The notes: generated by a model not told the origin, from the letters alone. Positions 11,312 to 21,692 are shown, numbered from the stretch's first letter. The stretch: 64,000 bases of DNA from Carpediemonas membranifera BICM (GCA_019828565.1 JAHDYR010000030.1:62001-126000); one strand, 5' to 3'. Made by a program: numbers and translations.

Positions 11312-11980
11312 GCTAGAAGGCGGGACGATGTATGAACGAGAGGAGCGTACTAAAAATGGATGCTGCTTCTTCCTTTCTGGCAGGCGAGGCGTATGCGGAT
11401 ATCCAGGCATGTTGCGTTGAGTTTTTCAGAAACGAGCAGGTTAAGGCTTTTCGTCTGTGGTATTTACAGGTTTATGGGTTTATGTGGAGGATTCATGTAA
11501 AGGTGACTTAAGCTGTCGACCCCCCTGGGATGAACTCCAGAGGACTGAACAGGTTCAGTCTGACGGCCCACCTGTCGTACACCAGAAGAATTTACACTCA
11601 AGTATTCTTATCCTGCGCGGCACACTACCTCCACTCACCCACTTCAGCCCTCGTCTGTGCCATCGGTCTGTCGTGCTTTCAGTCGTCGGTCTGCACGAAA
11701 AGATGCGTCGTCCATCGTCTGTGTCGAACGCTGCTGTCTTCTTTCGCGTCTGTGCTCGTCTGTTACGCGCTCATCTGTCGTCCATTGCCGGCGTCTGAAG
11801 CTCATGTCGTCGTCGTCTTCGTCATCTTCGTCTGTTGTGAGAGACACTAGTGGTGGAAAGCGGTTGTCGAAGGTCGTGCGGAGTCGCATGGAGTGAGTCC
11901 CAGTCTCCGGAAGTGGTTCACCCGATACGCCAACTCTGTGAAGCTGTGGCTCGCCCGCGCCGGATCCTGATGCCCACCTC

Positions 11981-12799
11981 ATGGGGTTCGACCCGGGCGC
12001 GAGGTCCATCGGAGGGTATTACATCAGGCACCCCGATGGCACCACCAGCTCCGGCGTCCTCCCAAAGTGCGGATACACTAAGACGCCAAGTTTCGGCTTT
12101 GATATGACGGCCGCGTCGTTCAAGAGCACAAGACTAGTGAGTATCAACAACTCTATTAGGTCTGTGCTGGACAACGCGAACGACATTTTCGAGGCTGGAA
12201 TGCGTAAGTCTTTCCGCCGAGTGCGCTTTGCGAACCACATCCTTCGCCAGAAGCACTTCGCCCGCTGCGGCCAACAGTTGGCTCGGGAGTTCGGTTGGCT
12301 TCGCCACCATCCCATCGCCACCCCCATTCGCCTGAAAGCCTTCTACGGGAGCTCGGGATTCACCACGCCTACTGGTATGTTCATTCCTTGCGCGCCATAT
12401 CGAAAGTTCGCGAGAGAGATAGCACCCCTTCTCAAGAGGCATAACATTGTCGTCGATCTTAACATGGTTAACGAGGACCGCACCACCGTCGTCTGCCCTC
12501 ACTGCCACGCCCCCTACAGGCGAGTTCGTCCGCGTGATGACCAGCACGTTCACCCACATCGTGTGATGCTCTGCGAAAAACCACAGTGCCATGGTGCTCA
12601 GTGGCGCGCAACAGTTCCTGATGCTCTGAATGTTGATCATCGGGACAAGAGTGCTGCAAAGAACATCCTGTGGCGTTCTCTTGCCACGGAAGATGAGCTC
12701 AGTGGCTCTCCGTTCAGTCGCACATCGATCCCACGTCTTCAAACATCATTCCAGTATCATCAATTGGCTAACCGCCAACATTCGTCTACGGACGGATGA
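11981..12799 (+). CDS. Fanzor1/TnpB-family RuvC nuclease, N-terminally deleted (272 aa)
   Basis: RuvC-I GFDPG, bridge-helix-like FRRVRFANHILRQK, RuvC-II VNEDRTTVVCPHC, second Cys pair CEKPQC, RuvC-III HRDKSAAKNI. Confidence 0.85.
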   Translation: MGFDPGARSIGGYYIRHPDGTTSSGVLPKCGYTKTPSFGFDMTAASFKSTRLVSINNSIRSVLDNANDIFEAGMRKSFRRVRFANHILRQKHFARCGQQLAREFGWLRHHPIATPIRLKAFYGSSGFTTPTGMFIPCAPYRKFAREIAPLLKRHNIVVDLNMVNEDRTTVVCPHCHAPYRRVRPRDDQHVHPHRVMLCEKPQCHGAQWRATVPDALNVDHRDKSAAKNILWRSLATEDELSGSPFSRTSIPRLQTSFQYHQLANRQHSSTDG

Positions 12800-12900
12800 T
12801 GTTGTGCAGTTTGGCACTTTGATCGTTCTTTTCGGGCCCTGTCTGGGAGGTTCGAACAATGTGTTTATACTGCGCAACACGTCCGTGAATGGGTAACTAT
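12764..12900 (+). ncRNA. Putative omegaRNA scaffold of element A
   Basis: Hairpin ttggc/gccaa, then a ~113-nt stem (cattc/gaatg, acggacg/cgtccgt, tgttgtgcagt/actgcgcaaca), then terminal atgg-gtaa-ctat. Element B has the same architecture. Confidence 0.6.
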
Positions 12901-13216
12901 CTGAACCGCAGTGGCCATCGTTCCCTTTGCTGGACAGTCCGCCCTCCTGGCGTGTTCGTTTGTGAGTCAGCATGAGTATCTAAGCGAATGCCTGGTTATG
13001 GTAAATGTGCCAGCCACAACCTGGACAAACCCCACTCGTGAGGTGGTTCTCCTTTAAAGGCTGACCTTTGTAAACACCGACAGCATAGCCAGTCATGGAA
13101 CGGTGGCGGGTCTCCATGGATGGCATTGTCGATGCGTGGCTGCATAAATGAAGGCTTCACCCCAGCGAGAACGAGAAATGAGTTGAGAATTTAATGGCGT
13201 CCGTCATTTATTACGT

Positions 13217-13651
13217 CTACTTGAGAGGTACAAACTTAGACGACTTCGTGGCACCAACACCGGCACGACCATGGTTGACGGGCTTGTAGGTGAGGGAGAA
13301 CTCGCCAAGGTACTGGCCGACCATCTGGGGGCGGACCTCAACAAGCATGAAGGACTGGCCGTTGTAAACACCGATAGCAGAGCCGATCATCTCGGGAAGG
13401 ATGATCATGGAACGGAGGTGGGTCTTCACGGGAACGGGCTTCTCGCCAGCGGGGGCAGCAAGCTTGGCGTCACGGAGCTTACGGAGAAGAGTAACGTGCT
13501 GGCGCTTGAGGCCACGGCCGAACTTGCGGCGGCATCTGGAGGAAAGGAGGGGAAGTACCTCGTCCACGGGCATGCGAGCAAGATCCTCCGCATCAATTCC
13601 ACGGTACAAAACGCGCCTGAAAGCCTTCTTACGCTCCTCGCGGGTGGACAT
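13217..13651 (-). CDS. RPS15: 40S ribosomal protein S15 (uS19)
   Basis: [52 protein letters not shown]. Confidence 0.97.
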   Translation of the reverse strand: MSTREERKKAFRRVLYRGIDAEDLARMPVDEVLPLLSSRCRRKFGRGLKRQHVTLLRKLRDAKLAAPAGEKPVPVKTHLRSMIILPEMIGSAIGVYNGQSFMLVEVRPQMVGQYLGEFSLTYKPVNHGRAGVGATKSSKFVPLK

Positions 13652-13839
13652 TCTCGATCACTTCGAAAAGGAACAGGGGTTCAAAAATCACCTCCTTCGT
13701 CAAAAATGGTAGAAATTATTTCTCGGGCTTTAAGCGCCAAATGCGGTTGTGGGGTAAACCCACATGGCACCGCTGATCTTGTTGTAACGAAACGTGCTTC
13801 ATTTATCGACAGAACATAAACTGCTTGGCGTTAGCGGAG

Positions 13840-14430
13840 TCAGACTGCACCATAAACAGCGATCACCAGCGCCAAAGCTGACGCAGACGATGGCCGGGAC
13901 TCGCCGGATAAGTACATACGCCAATACCGTTTAATTTCAAACGTCCGCTGGTCGTTTCTGACGAGGTCAAGCCCGTCCCGCACTGCCTTGGGGCAGCTCG
14001 TCCTGAGCTTGGCGACCTTCTTGGTCGCCTTTCTCGCGTTGGTCGCCCTGAAGAAGGCCTGGGTGAACTCAGCCCAGGGCCTTTCGCTCTTCACGACCAG
14101 CATGACTTCCCCCGCCTCTGCCGCTGCGAGAATCTTGGTCCTGGAGTCTGTTTCAGGCAGCATCTGGCGGTTTCACAGGCCTTAGATGCGCTCGGCCTCG
14201 AGTTTGTGGGTCGTGGTCAGCTGGGCCAGCCAATGGTCTGCCGCACGACATCGTACATGCGCTTGGTCACCGACACCCTGAACCGCACCGTGTTCAGTTC
14301 GTGGTGCAGGGTCATGTCATCCAGCTTGAGCTTGAACGTCCGCTCGGATGCAGAAGGACATGACCTCGATCAGTTCAGGGCCTCTGCAAAGTGTTCGATG
14401 ATCAGTCTGTTGCACCAGTACTCGGTGTAG
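13840..14430 (-). pseudogene. Fragmented coding-like sequence of unknown family
   Basis: Host-like GC3-rich codon runs on the minus strand, broken by stops and frame changes. Confidence 0.3.
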
Positions 14431-14919
14431 TCCTCAAATGGGGCTCCACGCCGCAGGCTGCCCTCCCGCAAACACTCGCAGACCGCCGGCAGCCGAGGTC
14501 GCCCAAGCGTTCCCTCTCAATGTCCTAGGCCCATCTGATGTCGCGCGACAGTCTCACACCGCCCGCGGGCTCGTTGCTAGGAACCAGGTTCCGCGCCGTG
14601 CAATGTGGTTCGGCTGTCCCGGTGTGCTGCAAGGGCCGGTGGCCAATGCAATACCACGGGTCCGAAGACGCCGTGGCACATAGCTAGTATTTTGACATCA
14701 TTAGATGGTGGCGGACTTATCTTGTGCCGCTCCAGGGTCCCGTCGGCGCACCTGATTGATGTTGTTTAGTTCGGCACGAAGAAGTGACCGAAACTGAGAG
14801 AGCGAAAGTAAAGAGTCGCGATCTATGCATAAAAAATGAGCAGCTTGCTCAGATTAAGCAGGGGAGGTTCCTGAAGAGCTAATTGTCGTGACGAAATTTG
14901 TGATGACGTATTCTGCGCG

Positions 14920-15482
14920 GCCACCGCGATTCCGGCACTGAGTTCAAAGCTGTTAGTGGGGCAATCGCACTCTATCCAGGCCTAGTAGCTGTAGTTACGC
15001 CAGTGGGTGCAGGCTGAGGGTGTATTGAGTCAAACTGAGTCGTCATTTTCGACGACTCCAGAAATTAAGGTTGGGAGTTTAAAAAATAAATATGGGTCAG
15101 CCATCCTGTATGAGCTTCTATTCTGATGCGATGGTGTGAGTTTCAGCCCTCTCCGACCTCTACTCGTCATGTTCGATGTCGGTCGAAATCGATGCTTGGG
15201 CCGACTCCAAACGCATACTTCCAGTGTGCGCCCGCTGGTAATGGCCCGGATCCAGATGTTAGAGGGCTATACAAGCATTATGGCAGAGCGACAGCGATTC
15301 GATGGTAGTAGTCGAGGTGACGGCATCGCTCAGCTTCGGACCCGCAGTCTCGGGAGGATTTCGAAAGTCAGGTGAACATGTCACCAACCAAATTGATGGT
15401 CGATATAGCTTCGGAATGGGCTCTAAAGCATGCATGCACGCACCATTTTGAGTGATGGAGTCTGGGATGACCAGACCGATTT
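14920..15482 (+). repeat. Dispersed non-coding repeat, copy 2
   Basis: Direct copy of 1740-2323 with a few SNPs and a ~17-bp deletion near the 3' end. Confidence 0.9.
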
Positions 15483-15572
15483 CCAAACCGATGTCTGCCA
15501 AAGCTTCCTGACGCCGGCCAGACCCGTCACATGATACACTGCATGGACCAGCTGCTATTTACTGACCGCCAC

Positions 15573-17150
15573 TCACTGGGAGTCGTCCGAATGGCTCAAC
15601 ATCCGCTCGACGGCCTCCATCGACAGAGTCTCTTTGTCATTGGCGACAGTGAGCTGCTGGCAGTTGCCCGAGCTCTTGTCCTCGGCGGTGACGTGGAGGA
15701 TGCCGTTGGCGTCGATGTCGAACGACACCTCGATCAGCGGGACGCCGCGGGGGGCGGGGGGGATGCCGCTGAGGTCGAATGTCGCAAGGATCCTGTTGTT
15801 TCGTGCAATAGCGCTCTCCCCCTCAAATATAGTCAGCTGGACAGCTGCCTGGTCGTCCTCAAAGGTCGAGAACGTCTCCTTGGCGTGCGCGGGGATCGTC
15901 GTGTTGCGCTTGATGAGCGTCGTCATCACGCCGCCGGCGGTCTCGATGCCGAGCGAGAGGGGCGTGACGTCGAGCAGGAGGAGGTCGGATATCTTGTCGG
16001 TCTTGTCGCCCGCGAGGATGGCGGCCTGGACGGCGGCACCGCATGCGACGGCCTCGTCGGGGTTGATGGTCTTGCTGGGCTCCTTGCCGTTGAAGAAGTC
16101 CTTGAGCAGCTGCTGCACCTTGGGGATGCGGGTCGACCCGCCGACGAGCACGATCTCCTTGACACTAGTCTTGTCAAGCTTGGCATCGGTGAGCACGCGC
16201 TGGACAGGGTCGATGCAGGCACGGAAGAGGTCGCCACAGAGGTCCTCGAAGCGGGCACGGGTGATGTTTGTGAAGAAGTCGACGCCCTCGTAGAGAGAGT
16301 CGATCTCGATGGCGGCCTGGGTGGAGGAGGACAGGGTGCGCTTGGCGCGCTCGCAGGCGGTGCGGAGACGGTGCATGGAGCGGGCGTTGCCAGTGATGTC
16401 GACCTTGTGCTTGCGCCTGAACTCCGCGATGAAATGCTTGACGAGCCGGGCGTCGAAGTCCTCGCCGCCGAGGTGAGTGTCACCAGCTGTGGCCTTGACC
16501 TCGAAGATGCCCTCGTCGATGGTGAGCAGAGATACATCGTATGTGCTAGCCCCCATGTCCATCACGAGCACGCGCTGCATCTCAGTCGGATTCTTGTTAT
16601 CGAGCCCGTAGGCGATTGCCGCGGCGGTCGGCTCGTTGATAATGCGGAGCACATCAAACCCGGCGAGCTGGCCGGCATCTTTGGTGCACATGCGCTGGGT
16701 GTCGTTGAAATGGGCGGGGACAGTGATGACGGCCTGCTTGACTTCATAGCCGAGGTAGGACTCCGCCGTCTCCTTCATCTTGCCAAGAACCATGGCGCTG
16801 ATCTCCTCGGCCTGGAAGGTGCGTTCCTCGCCCTTGAACATGACCTGCACTACAGGCTTGCCACTCTTGTCTGCTGCAACCTTAAAGGGGAGCGACGGCA
16901 GCACGCTCTGCACACTATCGTCATCAAAGGAGCGACCGATAAGCCGCTTGACGCCATAGACGGTATTTGCTGCGTTCATAGCTGCCTGGTTCATCGCGTC
17001 TTCGCCCGTGAGCTGTTCATCGTCGTTGAATGCGACAAACGACGGTGTTGTCCGGTTGCCCTTGTCGTTAGCGATAACCTCCACGCGCTCGTTCAAATAA
17101 GCAGCAACACAAGAGCACTTGCTGCCAAGGTCGATGCCAACAGCAACCAT
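15573..17150 (-). CDS. HSP70: Divergent, C-terminally truncated cytosolic Hsp70
   Basis: [25 protein letters not shown] and [11 protein letters not shown] are present. Altered GIDLGSKCS and [10 protein letters not shown]; ends before the lid and EEVD. Confidence 0.88.
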   Translation of the reverse strand: MVAVGIDLGSKCSCVAAYLNERVEVIANDKGNRTTPSFVAFNDDEQLTGEDAMNQAAMNAANTVYGVKRLIGRSFDDDSVQSVLPSLPFKVAADKSGKPVVQVMFKGEERTFQAEEISAMVLGKMKETAESYLGYEVKQAVITVPAHFNDTQRMCTKDAGQLAGFDVLRIINEPTAAAIAYGLDNKNPTEMQRVLVMDMGASTYDVSLLTIDEGIFEVKATAGDTHLGGEDFDARLVKHFIAEFRRKHKVDITGNARSMHRLRTACERAKRTLSSSTQAAIEIDSLYEGVDFFTNITRARFEDLCGDLFRACIDPVQRVLTDAKLDKTSVKEIVLVGGSTRIPKVQQLLKDFFNGKEPSKTINPDEAVACGAAVQAAILAGDKTDKISDLLLLDVTPLSLGIETAGGVMTTLIKRNTTIPAHAKETFSTFEDDQAAVQLTIFEGESAIARNNRILATFDLSGIPPAPRGVPLIEVSFDIDANGILHVTAEDKSSGNCQQLTVANDKETLSMEAVERMLSHSDDSQ

Positions 17151-17912
17151 CACCACGATTGCTTATCCTGCTGAAAGTACCCAGATGTCTCACGTCTCAG
17201 CGCGGATCTCCGAGCTTCCTTGTTCATGAGCCTTGAAGCCATAGTAGCTGCCAACAATGTGGCATTCTCACCAGATTCTTGACAGTTTTGCAATGTGTTC
17301 ACCGATGTTTGGCTGGGTACTATAATGCCAAATTGGGAGAATTGACACGGAATAGAGATGCTCTTACGTAGGTCTGCGGCTCCGCGGTGATGGGCACCGC
17401 ACGCCAGGAACGGCCTGGCCTACGATGGGAACGGGCGGAGGGCACTGTAGTCCCGCCCAATCAATTGATGAATTGATTTGGCACATGCTGGAGAGAAATG
17501 GCCGACAAGACGGCGGCCACCGCTTCGCTCCTGAGGCGAGCACCAGGCGTCGGGCGAGTCTCCCGACAGCCGAATTCACGCGCGAGACCTGGAGGTCGAC
17601 CCGTAAATTCACTCCCCCCCCCGTTAGGTTTGGCTAGACAGCCGAGGCGTCTGCCAAGTCAGACGAGCATTATTGCTGTGTACATAATCTGTGTTGTTCG
17701 TTCCGTACTCAGGTGGGTCGCGTAGGGGCGACGAGCCGACCGTCAAGGTCGGTCAAATGATGGGATCAATTCGGCTGGCCACAATTTCGTTTCGCCGCCA
17801 AGATGACGTAAATCTTCTTCCCCCCGTTGTTTTATGGAACAGTAGCGCAGCGGCGTAGCCCGCACTTGTGTTGTCGGGTTCCGCAGGGGACAAGCAAATT
17901 CGAATTTTTACA

Positions 17913-17985
17913 GGTCCGCTAGATCAGTCGGTAGATCGTTGGTCTGATAAGCCAAAGGTCGTGGGTTCGAGCCCCACGTGGACCA
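17913..17985 (+). tRNA. tRNA-Ile, anticodon GAT
   Basis: Acceptor GGTCCGC/GTGGACC+A, D-stem GATC/GATC, anticodon arm TTGGT-CTGATAA-GCCAA, T-arm GTGGG-TTCGAGC-CCCAC. Confidence 0.93.
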
Positions 17986-18578
17986 ATTATGTATCTGCCA
18001 TCCTTAAACTGCACATTACATCATCTTTGCCAGACAAGCCTTTTATCATACAACGTACCCATTGGGAAACAGAGCGTTTACGGACGAACTCATGAGCGTA
18101 CACCCCTATTGTAACTATCTGTGCCTGTAATGTTCCGATGAAAGCACTCGAGTTCGACTGGGACGTGTGCCCGCCAGGCTTGCTGGCTAGATAACACAAT
18201 CATTCCAAACGGGGGGAAGAACATTTATTGTAACCATAGCAATGTTCGCTCGGGATCTCTGCCCGGTCTGCGTCTTGCAGTGCGTCGACATCGCGCTCGC
18301 GTGTCGAAATCCAAATTTAAGCGCCACGACTGACATAAACTGCCCGAGGCATCGACACCCCAGGCGTCCACGGTTCTGTGTAGAACCCGCCTCATCGACA
18401 GTCACAGCCCTTCCCCACTGCTTGAGCCCCTCTCACCCGGGACATGCTGTATTTGTACACTTTCCAACCCTTGAAAGACCATTTCTTCCACATACGAAGT
18501 TGCGCCTTTGAATTCAACGCACTGAGTCAGAGTCAGCCAAATAAAAACACTCGAATGTCATCTTTATTCATCAAAGAT

Positions 18579-21500
18579 CTACGACAGTACTCTCCGCAAG
18601 GACGCCGCAGTCTCGCGGGGGTCCCTGCCCACAGGACTCATATATGTCTCACTACCACGGGGGTTGACGGCGACAGGAGTTGTCGGGGCGGCACGAGACA
18701 TCGTCGACTGGAACTGCCGACGGGCTGGCGAGATCGACCGTGTGCGCTCGAGCACGCCCTCCTGCTCGGTCACCCTTAGGTCGGCCTCATGCAGCCTCGT
18801 GCGGGCCCCGACCTCCCTCTCGAGCTGGGAACGGGCAAGGGCAGACTCGGTCTCGGCAAGCCTGTCGCGCATCATAGTGGCGTCGCGCTCACTCTCGACG
18901 AGGCGTGAGGTCATGCGGTCGGTGCCGGTCGTTAGGGACTGGATCACAGCCCTCGTGGTGTTCAACTCGGCGCAGCGACGGTCCAGGTCCTTAGAGAGGT
19001 CGTACACGCGTCTCTCTAGCTGGTCGCGAGCTCTCTTGGCCTCGTACGCATCTGACTCAAGCCGAGTCACCATCTCCCGCTCCTGCTCGAGGCTGGCAGA
19101 CTTCACCTGCAGCGCGCCGTCGAGCTGACGCACCTCTGTCTCCTTCGCACTGACAGTCTGCGAGAGTTTGTCAAGCTCGGACTCCTTGTTCCCAAGGTCG
19201 GCCTGTAGCCGAGCCGTGTGCGAGAGGGCCTCCTCCAGGCGCTTCTGAGTGGCGTCCTCGCGGGCCTTGAATATCTCCAAATCACCGTGCAGATTCTCAA
19301 GATCCTTGCGTGTTTGGGCTATCTCCGCCTGGGCCTGGATCAGATCCTGCCGGACGGTCTCAGTCTCCTGCTTAGCCTCGAGTCTCGAGTCCACCGCCCG
19401 GTCAATCTCCGCACGGGTAGCCTCCAGCTCAGCGTTGAGCTTGTCCTTCTCACTGCGAGGCACGGTCGTCTCTAGGACGGCCTTGAGACTAGCGACCTGC
19501 TCGACCTGGGCCCGGTGAAGCTCGCGGGTCTGCTCGAGCTCGGCCTCAGTGTCCATGAGCTTGTTGCGGATCTCGGTCATATCCGACCGGAGTGCGTCGG
19601 TCTTGCGGTTGCCCTCTGCTGCCTGGGCCTCGGCTGATTTGAGCCTTCCCGTCAGCTCGACCATGACTGCGCGAACGGTCATGATGCTGCTCTTGCAGGC
19701 GGGCTGGGACAGCGGGAATCCCACTCGACGTGGGACGACGGGCGCGGGGCCGGGGCAGAGCTGACTGATGATGGACCTGGCGGTGTAGGCGGCGGTCTCG
19801 GGGTTGAGCACCTCAGGCACGGTCGAGGCGACCTTGCTGGGTGTCGGGGTGCTGAGTCGCGTCATCGTCAGCATCTGCTGGCCCATCGAGACAGTGTGCC
19901 CGGTGCGGGCTCGGGCCATCCGCCGCATGGTCACGCCGGCCAGGACAACGAGGGCCGCGGTCCGGAACTTCTGGATGGGGGTGCGGCGCCGGGTGCTGGT
20001 CTCGTAGGCTCCCCGGGCAGCGTGCTCGAGATTGCGGAGGTCGGTGCTCACAGCGGTGTAGTTGTCCGCGAGCCGGCCCAGCACATGTTTCTGCTCGACA
20101 AGCGACACGCGCGCCTTCTCCAGCGGCCTGGCGTAAGCTGCTAGAGCCACGACTGCGTTTGTCAGCTTGGCGGCCGTCTGGCGGTGTGTCTCCCGCTCTG
20201 TCTCGGATGCATCCAGCTGAGCACCGAGCCTGGTGCACTCCGCCTCCTTGGCGGCCTCACCTCCGGCCCGGTCCTCGAGCTCAGTCTTGAGCTGAGTGAT
20301 GCGGGCATCGTAGTCCTTGATAAGAACGGCGCGGCTTTCGGCCGCCCGGTCGACCTCAGTGCGGACAGCGGTAACGGCCTCCTGCTCCATCGTGTGCTTG
20401 GTTCGCTCGAGCGTGGCGAACGCCTCCTCCAGCCGCTTGCTCGTGGCGGCCTCTCTCTCGAGAGCCCCAGCGAGCTGATCTTCGTATCTAACGACATCGG
20501 ACCCGAGTCGACCCATGTACTCTGACTGGGCGTCGAGATTACCCCTAAGGACGTCCAGTATCTGAGTCCAGTGTGCGTCATGATCTGTGATGCCAGAGGC
20601 GGGTGTGTCGACGGACTGAAGCTCGAGGGAGTCCGAACTTGCGCTGAACAGTTTGTCACCAGTGCCGTTGATGAGCCCGGCGATATCCCTGGCGCGCTGG
20701 GCGAGGGCCTCCTTCTGCCGGGTGATTTCCCGAGCTTGCTGGTCGGTCTGCCCGTTGACGGAGGTCAGAGTCGACTGGAGATCACCCACACGCTCGTTCA
20801 AGTCGCGGATGGTCGACTTAGCGGCATTGAGAGCCTCGTTAGCCTCAGCGGCGCGGTTGCGGCTCTCGTTAACGGCGTGTTTCAGACGCTCAATCTCCAT
20901 CGCCTGCTGGCTAGCCACACTGCGAGCCTCGCCAATCCGCCCGTTCGCCTGGGCCAGCTGGTCTGCAAGCCCATGAGCCCTAGCGTCACGATCGCCAAGC
21001 TGCTTCATGGCCTCGGCCAGCTCATGCTTGGTGGAGGCTAGCTGGCCCTCGAGGGTGGCAAGGCGGTCCTCCTGGTCTCTGATAGTGCTGTTAGACCTGT
21101 TGTTAGCCCTGGCGAGGTCCTCTTTCTCGCTCATCATCCGGGACACCTGATCCTGAAGCCTTTGGTTCAATAACACATGCTCGGCAATCTTGTCCCGGGC
21201 ATCCTGGTCAGTGACCTGTGCCTGCGTCTCCAGCTTCATGATGGTGGCGTTCAGAGACTCAACCTCTGTTGACAGTTGTCGCACACGGCGGTCAAGCACC
21301 GCACATTGCTCGGCTGAACGGTCGCGGTCGCCCTGCACAGCTCTAATCTGCGCCTGGTGGTCCGCTTCAATGCCCGTCCGTTCATGACGGGACATACCGA
21401 TATCTCGCTCCAGTCTGGCGGCATGATCCTGAAGCTCTCTAATCGTCCGCTCACGGTCGTCCAGCGCCTCCTTCACCTGCTCCAGCTCGTACCGCTGGGA

Positions 21501-21692
21501 TCTGATGAGTTCTAGGGACCGGTTGTTTCTCTCGCGCTCGATGTTCTCAAGGTGGGAGACGACTTCATCGCCGGGGGACTGAGACATCGCTGCAGGACGC
21601 GTCCCAGTGAGATTGTGGCGGGAGAAACGATCATAGACGTTCTTCTGCCTCTGAACGTTCTTTCGTATGTCCAGCGTCAGATCTTGATCCAT
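18579..21692 (-). CDS. Long coiled-coil protein with a PACT/CCDC171-like motif
   Basis: 1037-aa heptad-rich ORF containing KFRTAALVVLAGVTMRR. Confidence 0.8.
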   Translation of the reverse strand: MDQDLTLDIRKNVQRQKNVYDRFSRHNLTGTRPAAMSQSPGDEVVSHLENIERERNNRSLELIRSQRYELEQVKEALDDRERTIRELQDHAARLERDIGMSRHERTGIEADHQAQIRAVQGDRDRSAEQCAVLDRRVRQLSTEVESLNATIMKLETQAQVTDQDARDKIAEHVLLNQRLQDQVSRMMSEKEDLARANNRSNSTIRDQEDRLATLEGQLASTKHELAEAMKQLGDRDARAHGLADQLAQANGRIGEARSVASQQAMEIERLKHAVNESRNRAAEANEALNAAKSTIRDLNERVGDLQSTLTSVNGQTDQQAREITRQKEALAQRARDIAGLINGTGDKLFSASSDSLELQSVDTPASGITDHDAHWTQILDVLRGNLDAQSEYMGRLGSDVVRYEDQLAGALEREAATSKRLEEAFATLERTKHTMEQEAVTAVRTEVDRAAESRAVLIKDYDARITQLKTELEDRAGGEAAKEAECTRLGAQLDASETERETHRQTAAKLTNAVVALAAYARPLEKARVSLVEQKHVLGRLADNYTAVSTDLRNLEHAARGAYETSTRRRTPIQKFRTAALVVLAGVTMRRMARARTGHTVSMGQQMLTMTRLSTPTPSKVASTVPEVLNPETAAYTARSIISQLCPGPAPVVPRRVGFPLSQPACKSSIMTVRAVMVELTGRLKSAEAQAAEGNRKTDALRSDMTEIRNKLMDTEAELEQTRELHRAQVEQVASLKAVLETTVPRSEKDKLNAELEATRAEIDRAVDSRLEAKQETETVRQDLIQAQAEIAQTRKDLENLHGDLEIFKAREDATQKRLEEALSHTARLQADLGNKESELDKLSQTVSAKETEVRQLDGALQVKSASLEQEREMVTRLESDAYEAKRARDQLERRVYDLSKDLDRRCAELNTTRAVIQSLTTGTDRMTSRLVESERDATMMRDRLAETESALARSQLEREVGARTRLHEADLRVTEQEGVLERTRSISPARRQFQSTMSRAAPTTPVAVNPRGSETYMSPVGRDPRETAASLRRVLS

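Larger units (their letters stand above)
11308..12900 (+). mobile_element. Non-autonomous Fanzor1-like element A
   Basis: 560-bp left end shared with 50282-50841, a RuvC ORF and a structured 3' end. Right end inferred; no transposase seen. Confidence 0.8.

Noticed and set aside
13078-13131. Hairpin cgaca..gcca..catgga/tccatg..tggc..tgtcg as the right end of element A
   Set aside because: It has no structural counterpart in B, and the ~12900 end fits both the RNA alignment and the host-ORF rejoin better. Not fully excluded.
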